Counted from the stretch's first letter, positions 18,797 through 26,907 are shown. The stretch: DNA of 27,602 bases from Actinomycetota bacterium (GCA_030837395.1 JAUPKO010000620.1:1-27602); one strand, 5' to 3'. Made by a program: numbers and translations. The notes: generated from the letters alone by a model not told the origin.

Positions 18797-20901
18797 ACGA
18801 TTGCTCCTCCACGGTGGCTGGCATTGATGAGTCGCTGTTGCAGATCCTCGAGCGGTTCGCCGTGCTCGTCAAACATGCGCCGGTGCCACACCCCGTCCGA
18901 GTCGAGGTCCCACGCGGCGGTGCCGGGGTCGAAGGCGAATTCGAACAGGTCGTTGACGATGTCCACGTGCAGCGGCTCCTTCAACGACACCAGCGTCTCC
19001 ACCCGCCGGTCGAGGTTGCGGTGCATGAGATCGGCCGATCCGATCCACACCTCCGGTTCGCCGGCGTTGCGGAACTCGTACGCCCGAGAGTGCTCCAGAA
19101 AGCGGCCCAAGATGCTGCGCACGCGGATCGACTCGCTCATACCGGGCACACCCGGGCGGATCGCGCAGATACCGCGTACCCAGACATCCACCGGTACACC
19201 CTCCTGCGAGGCCCGATAGAGCGCGTCGATCACCCGCTCATCGACGATCGAGTTGCACTTGAACCGCACCCGCGCGGGCAGACCCGCCCGGTGGTTCGCC
19301 ACTTCGCGTTCGATCCGCTCCAGCAGGCCGCTGCGGATGCTGTGCGGTGCCACCAGCAGCCGCCGGTAGGAGGTGTTCATCGAGTAGCCCGAGAGTTGGT
19401 TGAACACGTTCGCCACGTCCACCCCGACGGCCTCGTCAGTGGTGAGGATGCCCATGACCTCATACAGGCGGGCCGTCTAGCGGTGGTAGTTGCCGGTGCC
19501 GAGGTTGCAGTACCGCACCAGCCGGTCTCCCACGTCGCGGACCACCATCGAGAGTTTGCAGTGCGTCTTCAGGCCCACCAGGCCGTAGACCACATGCACC
19601 CCAGCACGCTCCAATTTACGCGCCCAGGTGATGTTGGCCTCCTCGTCGAACCGAGCCTTGATCTCGACCAATGCCAGTACCTGTTTGCCTGACTGCGCCG
19701 CGTCGATCAGCGCATCCACAATCGGCGAGTCCCCGGACGTGCGGTAGAGCGTCTGCTTGATCGCCAGCACCTTCGGGTCGGCCGCGGCCTGCTCCAGGAA
19801 TCGCTGCACCGAGGTGGAGAACGACTCGTACGGATGGTGCAGGAAGACCTCCTTGGTGCGCATCGCCTCCAGCACATCCGGGGCCTTGGCGCTCTCAACC
19901 TCCGCCAACTCCCTGCTGGTCTTGGGCACGAATGGCGGGTCCTTGAGGTCCTCACGGTCCAACGCCACGAGCGTCCACAGACCGCGCAGGTCCAGCGGCC
20001 ACGGCAGGCGGAACACCTCTGCCTGACTCACCCCCAACTCGCGCACGAGCAAGTCGTACACATGCGATGAGATGGACTCTTCCACCTCCAGCCGCACCGG
20101 GGGGCCGAACCGCCGCCGCATCAACTCGCGCTCCAGCGCCTTGAGCAGATTCTCGGCGTCGTCCTCCTCGACCTCAACGTCCTCGTTCCGGGTGACCCGG
20201 AACATGTGATGTTCGATGATCTCCATGCCTGGGAACAGCGTGTTGAGGTGGGCCGCCATCACATCCTCGAGCGGCACGAAGCGGGATCGGCCCACATGGA
20301 TGAAGCGAGCCAGCATTGGCGGCACCTTGACCCGCGCGAACAACTCGGTGCCAGTGTGGGGGTTGCGCACCACCACGGCGAGATTGAGCGACAGTCCGGA
20401 GATGTAGGGGAAGGGGTGCGCCGGGTCGACTGCCAGCGGGGTGAGTACCGGGAACACCTTGGCCTCGAAGAACCGGCCGGCCTCGGCCTGTTCGAGTTCG
20501 CTCAGATCCTGCCACCGCGCGAGCTCGATGCCCTCGGTGCTCAGGCCGGGTTTGACCTCGTCTCGGAAACACGCCGCCTGCCGCATCATCAGGTTGTGGC
20601 TGGCGGCGAGCACGGCGTCGTGCACCTCCCGGGGAAGCAGGCCGCTGGCGGCACGCACCGCGATGCCGGTGGTGATGCGTCGCTTGAGCCCGGCGACCCG
20701 CACCATGTAGAACTCGTCGAGGTTGCTCGCGAAGATCGCCAGGAACTTGGCCCGCTCCAGCAAGGGCAACCGCGAGTCCTCGGCGAGCTCGAGCACCCGC
20801 TGGTTGAACGCCAGCCAGGACAGTTCGCGATCGATGAACCGGCTGGTCGGCAAGTCGTCGACCACGCCGGGGGTTTCCTCACCGAGCACCACGTCAGACA
20901 T
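18793..20901 (-). pseudogene. ppk1: Polyphosphate kinase 1 interrupted by one in-frame TAG at 19477-19479 (702 codons if read through)
   Basis: [95 protein letters not shown]. The track ORFs 19477..20937 and 18793..19455 are in the same frame. Start ATG 20901 is preceded by CAGGGT-N6. Confidence 0.85.
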
Positions 20902-20964
20902 GACCCAACCCTGCCAGACCACGGGGGTTTGAAGCACCAGGGGCCATCGCCCGGCGTGGGGGGA

Positions 20965-21864
20965 TCAGCCGTCCGGATGGCGATAGAGCACATCCTGCCT
21001 GGCCGTGCGGAAATCCAGTCGGCGGTAGAGCGCCAGCGCGGGCCCGTTGGAACTGTCCACGAACAACCCCACCTGCGTGCACCCGCGGGCCGCCAGGTGC
21101 ACCAGCCCGGCCATTGTCAGCGGCGCCCCCAGACCCTTGCCCTGGTAGGCGGGATCCAGGCCGACGACGTACACCTCGCCGGTGCCGTCCGGGTGCACTT
21201 TGGTCCAGTGAAAACCCGCCAGCCGACCTTCGTCGAGCCGTGCGCCGCCGGCCCCGTGCGGGTCGACCAGCAGCAGCAGATCCTCGCGCCGGAACCAAGG
21301 GGCGGCGGTTCGCGCGGTGAGGTCGGCGCCGGTCCACCCGCCCTGATCCGGCAGGTCGACGAAGGCCGCGGCATTAACCGCCAGCACAGTTGCGTCGGCG
21401 GCGGGCCCGGGGTAAGGCCGAAGCAGCAACCCCGGTGGCGGCTCAGCCGAGGTGAGGTCGGCCGTCGACCGGGTCATAAACAGCAGTCGGCGCTGAGCCA
21501 CCAGACCGCGTGCGTGCGCAATGGCCCTGGCCGCGGGCAGGTCGGCGTGCGCCCAGGCACCGACGGCGCCGAGCTCAGCCACCTGATCGGCTACGTAGGT
21601 GCCCAGCCCCCGACCACGCTCGGTGGGCGCCACGACGAACTCCGCGAGCTGCGAGGCCGAGTCCACGTGCGCGTAGCCGACCAGCCCGCCCGCGGCCGAC
21701 CACACCAGGACGTGTTCGGCGGTCGGCGGTGAGGCCAGCAGGGCAGCATCGGACAGCGGCTCGGTGCCATCGCCCGCGGTGGCTGCGGCGACGAGTTCGG
21801 CCACCGCCACCCGCGCCTGGCGACTCAACGGGCCATGCACCACTTCCGTGCGCCACTGCCCCAT
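20965..21864 (-). CDS. mshD: Mycothiol synthase (tandem GNAT acetyltransferase)
   Basis: [42 protein letters not shown]; next to ppk1/pst as in other actinobacteria. Start ATG 21864 preceded by TAGGGT-N8. Confidence 0.9.
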   Translation of the reverse strand: MGQWRTEVVHGPLSRQARVAVAELVAAATAGDGTEPLSDAALLASPPTAEHVLVWSAAGGLVGYAHVDSASQLAEFVVAPTERGRGLGTYVADQVAELGAVGAWAHADLPAARAIAHARGLVAQRRLLFMTRSTADLTSAEPPPGLLLRPYPGPAADATVLAVNAAAFVDLPDQGGWTGADLTARTAAPWFRREDLLLLVDPHGAGGARLDEGRLAGFHWTKVHPDGTGEVYVVGLDPAYQGKGLGAPLTMAGLVHLAARGCTQVGLFVDSSNGPALALYRRLDFRTARQDVLYRHPDG

Positions 21865-21982
21865 GACCGACCACCCTAGAGCGGCTCGGCAGGTCCGTGC
21901 TGCCTCGGCAGCCCTGGGCGGGGCGTCGGGGCCGGGGTATCCTGGGGGTCGATTCGTACCAGAGGGTGAGGAGTGGCCAGCT

Positions 21983-22675
21983 ATGGTGCAACTTCTTCTG
22001 CTCACCAACTCCAGCCAGGCCAGCGCCGAGGTGATCCCCGCCTTGGCGCTGCTCTCGCACCGTGTTCGGGTGCTGCCCGCCGAGCCCGCCGCCCTGCTGG
22101 ACGCGCCGCCGGTTGACGCGTTGTTGGTCGATGGGCGAACCGAGTTGGTCGCGGTGCGCGGCTTGTGCCGGGTCATCCGCTCAACCGGCGTGGCGGTGCC
22201 GGTCATGCTGATCACCACCGAGGGCGGGATCGCCGGCGTCAATTCCGAATGGGGCATCGACGACTTCGTACTCGACTCCGCCGGTCCGGCCGAGTTGGAG
22301 GCGCGGCTGCGGCTGGCTTTGGCCCGCGGCGCTGATGAGGACGACGATGCCGGGGATCTGATCCGCAGCGGCGAACTGATCGTCGACGAGTCGGCCTACA
22401 GCGCCCGCGTGCGCAACCGCTCCCTGGATTTGACTTTCAAGGAGTTCGAACTGCTCAAGTACCTCGCCCAGCACCCCGGGCGGGTGTTCACCCGGGCCCA
22501 ACTGCTGCAGGAGGTCTGGGGGTATGACTTCTATGGCGGGACCCGCACCGTGGACGTGCACGTCCGACGCCTGCGCGCGAAGCTCGGGCCCGAATTCGAG
22601 CACCTGATCGGCACCGTACGCAATGTGGGATATAGGTTTGTCGCTCCCCACGAGTACGAGGTGATGGCTGAATGA
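21983..22675 (+). CDS. glnR: OmpR-family orphan response regulator GlnR
   Basis: LLLLTN...[17 protein letters not shown]-terminus, [61 protein letters not shown]; SD GAGGAG before ATG 21983. Confidence 0.9.
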   Translation: MVQLLLLTNSSQASAEVIPALALLSHRVRVLPAEPAALLDAPPVDALLVDGRTELVAVRGLCRVIRSTGVAVPVMLITTEGGIAGVNSEWGIDDFVLDSAGPAELEARLRLALARGADEDDDAGDLIRSGELIVDESAYSARVRNRSLDLTFKEFELLKYLAQHPGRVFTRAQLLQEVWGYDFYGGTRTVDVHVRRLRAKLGPEFEHLIGTVRNVGYRFVAPHEYEVMAE

Positions 22676-23109
22676 CCGGTCTGCTGGTGGTCGCCGGGGT
22701 GCTCCTCGCCGCGACGGCTTTCGGCATCTACCGTGAGCGCGTCGACGGCCGATGGCGACCGCGCACCTCACGTCCCAAGTAGCCGCGGGTGGACCACTAT
22801 TACGATACGGCCGATGACCTCTCGGCCGCGCAGTTGGGCCCGCGCGCGAGTTTGGTGCAATTCTCCAGCGCCTTTTGTGCGCCCTGTCGAGCCACCCGGG
22901 CGATCCTGGCCGACGTGGCCGCGGTGGTCCCCGGGGTCAGTTTCATCGAGGTCGACGCCGAGGCGCACCTGGACCTGGTCCGCCGGCTCAAGGTGAGCCG
23001 GACCCCCACGGTGTTGATCGTCGACTCGAACGGGCGGGTGGTCAACCGGGCTGTCGGTCAGCCGCGCAAGTCCGACGTGCTGGCCGCGCTCGCCCCGGCC
23101 ATGGGCTGA
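22672..23109 (+). pseudogene. thiX: Membrane-anchored thioredoxin (ThiX-like) interrupted by one in-frame TAG at 22780-22782
   Basis: ATG 22672 overlaps the glnR stop (ATGA) and reads [40 protein letters not shown]..., in frame with LVQFSSAFCAPCRATR...RTPTVL (CxxC). Confidence 0.8.
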
Positions 23110-23120
23110 CCCCACGTGCC

Positions 23121-24839
23121 CTAGCGGTTGGCGCGATCCACGATCGCCGTACCCCACCCGCCGATACCGATGCTGATCACCGGATTCCGGCCCGGCTCAA
23201 GCGCCTGCAGGATCGCCTTGAAGTCCGTCAACGGCGCCGAGACGCATCCCCCCGTGGGTTCGTTGCTGGACACGTGGAAGAAGAACGCCGAGCCCTTCGA
23301 CGGCACCTGCTCGAGGTTGTAGTCCATCGCCACCGCGTAGTAGTACGGCAGACCGAAGTCGATGAGGTGCTCGCTGCCTTCGCCCGGCACCCAGGCCTTG
23401 CGGACATGCTGGTTGTAGGTCGGGCTCGTGGTGTCGCCGTCCCACCAGTCCCACCAGTCCACCTTGAAGTAGGGCATGGCAGTGCCCGGGTCCGACAGGA
23501 TGCCGAACGATTGCGTGAGGGTGTAGATGCCCGCAGGGGTTCGCGGCACACCCCACTGCCCCTGACCGATGCCCAACTCACCGACCCAGCCGGACACCGG
23601 CCCGCGCACGATCGCGAACCGGCCGTCGGCACCCCGACGCCACAGGGTCACCTGCGCCCGGGTCGAGCTGGCCGAGGTGGAGCGGACCGTCACCACCTGG
23701 TCGGGCCCGGTCCAGTCGACCCGGGAGTCGTTCTTGCGCACGGGGGTGCTCACCGGCAGCGCGGACGAGGCCGCCACCTGGTCGAACACCACATGCGCGG
23801 CCGTCGTGGTGTAGACGCAGAAGTCGCCGGCGGCATCAACCCGGGAGGCGACGAGGTTGGCAACCGTCTCACCCGAGCCGAAGTTGACGTTGGAGGCCAA
23901 CGGACGCGGCTGGTCGCACGGGTAGGCCACGGCGAAGCCCGCACCGGTAGGTCGGGTGATGGTCAAGTTGCCCCAGACGGTCGAGCCCGCCCCACCGCCG
24001 GAACCGATGCGCAGCACCCCCTGGGCCGGGATAGGCGCGGCGCCGTGGGCCACTTGGCGGGTGTCGACCTTCCGTTGCGGCGTGCCAGCCGGCAGCACCG
24101 AGGAGGTGGCCACCTGGTCGAACACCACGTGGGCCGTGGCGGCGGTGTAGACGCAGAACACGCCGGCGGCGTCGGTGCGCACCGCGACGAAGTTCGCCAC
24201 CGTGCGGCCGGCCGTGAAGTTGATGTTGGACGACAACGGACGGGGTCCGTCGCACGGGAAGGCCACCGCGAATCCGGAGCCAGCCGGTTGCGTCACGGTC
24301 AGGTTTCCCCAGACCGTCGCGAACGGCGCCCCGCCGGTCACCACCGACACCACCTCGCCCTGCACCACCGGCGCCCCACCAAACTGCGCCTCACGCGTGT
24401 CGAGGGTGCGCCGGGGTGGGGTCGCCGGCAGCACAGTCGACGCGGCCACCTGGTCGAACACGACATGCGCGGCCGCCGACGTGTAGACGCAGAAGGAGCC
24501 GCCGGCATCCGTCTGCACCGCCACGAAGTTGGCCGCAGTCTTGCCGGCCTGGTAGTTCACGTTCGAGGCCAGCGGACGTGGTTGTCCGCACGGGAAGGCG
24601 ACCGCCCAGCCGGGGGCGGCCGGCCGGGTGATCGTCAAGTTCCCCCAGACTGTCGACGACGGCCCGCCGCCGCCACTGACGCGCACGACGCCGCCCGCCG
24701 GCACCGGCGGTTGCACCGGGGTGGCGGCTGCCGCCGGGCCAGCTTGCCCCACCAGCGCCATCGCGGCGAGCACCAGCACCCCCACCGCCAGCACCACACG
24801 ACTGCTCACTCGCCGAACCTCGACACTGCGCACCGACAT
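23121..24839 (-). CDS. Secreted L,D-transpeptidase-family (YkuD-like) protein with three N-terminal ~112-aa repeats
   Basis: Signal peptide ending AAAA; C-terminal PRTPAGIY...YAVAMDYN...SAFFFHV...PTGGCVS catalytic His/Cys motif; SD GGAGG. Confidence 0.8.
   Translation of the reverse strand: MSVRSVEVRRVSSRVVLAVGVLVLAAMALVGQAGPAAAATPVQPPVPAGGVVRVSGGGGPSSTVWGNLTITRPAAPGWAVAFPCGQPRPLASNVNYQAGKTAANFVAVQTDAGGSFCVYTSAAAHVVFDQVAASTVLPATPPRRTLDTREAQFGGAPVVQGEVVSVVTGGAPFATVWGNLTVTQPAGSGFAVAFPCDGPRPLSSNINFTAGRTVANFVAVRTDAAGVFCVYTAATAHVVFDQVATSSVLPAGTPQRKVDTRQVAHGAAPIPAQGVLRIGSGGGAGSTVWGNLTITRPTGAGFAVAYPCDQPRPLASNVNFGSGETVANLVASRVDAAGDFCVYTTTAAHVVFDQVAASSALPVSTPVRKNDSRVDWTGPDQVVTVRSTSASSTRAQVTLWRRGADGRFAIVRGPVSGWVGELGIGQGQWGVPRTPAGIYTLTQSFGILSDPGTAMPYFKVDWWDWWDGDTTSPTYNQHVRKAWVPGEGSEHLIDFGLPYYYAVAMDYNLEQVPSKGSAFFFHVSSNEPTGGCVSAPLTDFKAILQALEPGRNPVISIGIGGWGTAIVDRANR
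23721..24728 (-). repeat. Three tandem 336-nt (112-aa) intragenic repeats
   Basis: CACCTGGTCGAACAC recurs at 23775, 24111 and 24447. Protein unit: TVWGNLT..P...G.AVA.PC..PRPL.SN.N...G.T.AN.VA...DA.G.FCVYT...AHVVFDQVA....P.R..D[TS]R. Confidence 0.9.
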
Positions 24840-24950
24840 GGGGCGCCTCCTAGAACTGGGCGGACCTCCCCCCGCGCCCCACGTTAGCCGCGAAAGCGAC
24901 GCGCGACACGGCGTCCTTCCAAGATCCCCAGCCTGGACGGTAAAGGAACG

Positions 24951-24956
24951 TAGAAT
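24951..24956 (+). promoter_or_regulatory. -10 hexamer TAGAAT, leaderless arrangement for DUF4395
   Basis: TAGAAT, then 6 nt, then ATG 24963. Confidence 0.6.
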
Positions 24957-24962
24957 CTGCCC

Positions 24963-25448
24963 ATGTCTGCACGCAGAATCGTCAACGTCGACCCTCGGGG
25001 TCTGCGCTTCACCGCCGCCATCAGCAGCGTCGTCCTCGCGCTCGCCATCGTGCTGGGGCCGCCATTCGGCCTGGTTCTGCTCGCCGCGCAGACGCTCGTA
25101 TTCGCCTTCGGCGCCGTCCTAGGGTTGCAGTTCCAGCCCTACGCGGTGCTGTTCCGCACCCTCGTGGCCCCCCGACTGTCGGCCCCGGCCGCGCTCGAGC
25201 CGGAGCAGCCGGCGCGCTTCGCCCAGGCTATGGGCATGCTGATCAGCGTCATCGCGCTCCTGGCCGGCATCGTCGGGGCGAGCGTGGTGTTCTACGTGTT
25301 CGCCGGCGCCGCCCTAGCTGCAGCGTTCCTCAACGCGGCGTTCAACTACTGCCTGGGCTGCGACCTGTTCCTGCGTTTCGGCCACATCAGCCGGCACGCG
25401 GACCTGACCGAACGACGCCGGGTCGAGCGGGACGTCACTGTCGGCTGA
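24963..25448 (+). CDS. DUF4395 membrane protein
   Basis: VDPRGLRFTAAI, EPEQPARFAQAMG, AAFLNAAFNYCLGC. Confidence 0.9.
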   Translation: MSARRIVNVDPRGLRFTAAISSVVLALAIVLGPPFGLVLLAAQTLVFAFGAVLGLQFQPYAVLFRTLVAPRLSAPAALEPEQPARFAQAMGMLISVIALLAGIVGASVVFYVFAGAALAAAFLNAAFNYCLGCDLFLRFGHISRHADLTERRRVERDVTVG

Positions 25449-25449
25449 C

Positions 25450-25812
25450 GTGACCGACCTCGTCGTCGTCAAACTGACCTGGGGGGCGGAATCCCCGGAG
25501 CGGGTCTCGCAAGCGCTCACCGTCGCCGCCACCGTGCTCGCGGCCGGTGGGACCACCTCCCTCTGGCTCACCGGGGACGCCACGTTGTTGGCCACCCCCG
25601 GCGTGCTCGAAGACGTGTCGCTGCCTTTCGCCGGTTCGCTGGCAGACCTGCGCGATGCGATTGTGGCCAGCGGCACCCTCACCGTGTGCAGCCAATGCGC
25701 GGCCCGTCGCGGGTTGACGCCGACACAGTTGCTGCCCGGGGTGCGGCTGGCAGGGTCCGCAGTGTTCGTCGAAGAGATCCTCACCCCAGGTGCCCGCAGC
25801 CTGGTCTACTGA
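25450..25812 (+). CDS. DsrE/DsrF-like family protein
   Basis: LVVVKLTWGAESPER.SQALTVAA, SLWLTGD, LTVCSQCAARRG, GVRLAGS...SLVY. Confidence 0.8.
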   Translation: MTDLVVVKLTWGAESPERVSQALTVAATVLAAGGTTSLWLTGDATLLATPGVLEDVSLPFAGSLADLRDAIVASGTLTVCSQCAARRGLTPTQLLPGVRLAGSAVFVEEILTPGARSLVY

Positions 25813-25844
25813 TGTGCCTGGGCCGCGCACGCTAGAGTGGGCCC

Positions 25845-25940
25845 GTGGTCGAACACTTCTTCACAGCCCTGCTGGTGCTGGCCAGCGTCGTCATCGTGTG
25901 GTTCGCCGCCTACGTGGTGTACCGCATGTACAAGGACTGA
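25845..25940 (+). CDS. 31-aa single-pass membrane peptide MVEHFFTALLVLASVVIVWFAAYVVYRMYKD (not in ORF track)
   Basis: GTG 25845 to TGA 25940; high GC at third codon positions; preceded by TAGAGT-N6; fills the DsrE-nitrobindin gap; its 3' end carries the AAGGA SD of the next gene. Confidence 0.7.
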   Translation: MVEHFFTALLVLASVVIVWFAAYVVYRMYKD

Positions 25941-25945
25941 CCAGC

Positions 25946-26482
25946 GTGACCGATTCGGAGCAGCCAACACCCGAGCCGCCCATGGAGTTGGCCCACCTGT
26001 CATGGTTGCTGGGCACCTGGGCCGGTGTCGGCCTGGGTCACTACCCCACGATCACCCCGTTCCGGTTCTTCCAGGAGGCCACGTTCGCCAACGACGGCCG
26101 ACCGTTCCTGAGCTACCACAGCAGGTCCTGGCTGATCGATGAGGAAGGCACGCGCATCCGCCCAAGCGGCACCGAAGTGGGCTACCTGCGTCCGCTGCCG
26201 GACAACGAGGTCGAATTGCTGTTGCAGCACCCGACCGGCATCTCCGAGGTCTGGTACGGCCGAGTTGAGATCACCGATCTGGTCGACGCGACCATCACCG
26301 GGGCGCGGATGGAATTGACCACCGACGGCATCATGCGCACGCAAACCGCCAAGGAAGTCAACGCCGGTCACCGGCTCTACGGTTTGGTCGCCGGTGAACT
26401 GCTGTGGACCTACGACATGGCGGCGGTCGGCGAGCCGATCCAGAACCACCTGTCGGCCCGACTGCGACCCCCTGCTTCGTGA
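25946..26482 (+). CDS. Nitrobindin / FABP-like beta-barrel (THAP4-like, DUF1794)
   Basis: LSWLLGTWAGVG, GRPFLSY, EVGYLR, RLYGLV, LLWTYDMA, C-terminal NHLSARL with the candidate haem His. Start GTG 25946. Confidence 0.88.
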   Translation: MTDSEQPTPEPPMELAHLSWLLGTWAGVGLGHYPTITPFRFFQEATFANDGRPFLSYHSRSWLIDEEGTRIRPSGTEVGYLRPLPDNEVELLLQHPTGISEVWYGRVEITDLVDATITGARMELTTDGIMRTQTAKEVNAGHRLYGLVAGELLWTYDMAAVGEPIQNHLSARLRPPAS

Positions 26483-26907
26483 CCGCCGCCGCCGTGCAGG
26501 TGCTCCACGAGCACGGCTACCGGGCCACGCCGCAACGGCTACTCGTGCTGGCGGCGGTCGGCGAACTACGGCACGCCACACCCGAGCAGATACTCGCCCA
26601 CATCCACCAGACGTCGCCGGGAGTCAACCTCTCGACTGTGTATCGCGTGCTTGAGGTGCTCGAAGACGTCGACCTGGTCACCCACGCCCACATCGGCAGC
26701 GGCTCTGCCACCTACCACGCCACGGACGGACCTGCCCACCTGCACTTCCGTTGCGGCGGCTGCGGCCGGGTGCAGAGCCTGCCTGCCATCATCGCCGAAC
26801 CGTTCGTGCAGCAGGTGCGCGAGCGGTTGGGCTTCCACGCAGACGTGACCCACGCCGGTATCGACGGCCGATGCCGCGAGTGTGCCGCCACCCAGGAGCA
26901 GCCATGA
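26479..26907 (+). CDS. Fur-family regulator, most similar to Streptomyces Nur
   Basis: GYRATPQR, HATPEQI, STVYRVLE, THAHIG, HLHFRCGGC, GRCREC; GTGA overlap with the nitrobindin stop; sits between nitrobindin and ygfZ as I recall for Nur. Confidence 0.88.
   Translation: MTAAAVQVLHEHGYRATPQRLLVLAAVGELRHATPEQILAHIHQTSPGVNLSTVYRVLEVLEDVDLVTHAHIGSGSATYHATDGPAHLHFRCGGCGRVQSLPAIIAEPFVQQVRERLGFHADVTHAGIDGRCRECAATQEQP

Noticed and set aside
19420-22828. PYLIS/SECIS-like hairpins after the two TAGs (GACGGCC/GGCCGTC in ppk1; CGGCCGA/TCGGCCG at 22808-22828)
   Set aside because: Seven-bp GC stems are expected by chance at this GC content, and the two differ in spacing and shape.
2644-23123. Genome-wide reassignment of TAG to an amino acid
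   Set aside because: TAG ends seven genes at their expected C-termini (M20 2644, DUF805 6102, FNT 6172, pstB 11933, pstS 14983, CYTH-CHAD 17195, L,D-transpeptidase 23121), several right beside terminators or the next gene's SD.
23721-24728. CRISPR array or mobile-element repeat
   Set aside because: The repeats are 336-nt, in-frame, degenerate protein-domain duplications. No short repeat-spacer array, cas gene, transposase or terminal inverted repeat was seen anywhere in the window.
6962-24887. Long shadow ORFs (6962..9022 +, 17141..19219 +, 20206..21732 +, 22875..24887 +, 10746..11918 -, 3903..5030 + and similar)
   Set aside because: They lie antisense to or out of frame with well-supported genes, are Arg/Gly/His/Pro-rich without motifs, and are the expected artefact of stop-poor high-GC DNA.
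5025-26478. Long upstream starts in the ORF track (ybdK 5192, acyl-CoA ligase 9256, pstA 14055, pstS 16191, ppk1 20937, mshD 22257, glnR 21764, nitrobindin 25790, Fur 26404)
   Set aside because: They overlap neighbouring genes or tRNAs; downstream starts have SD, leaderless -10 or stop/start-overlap support.
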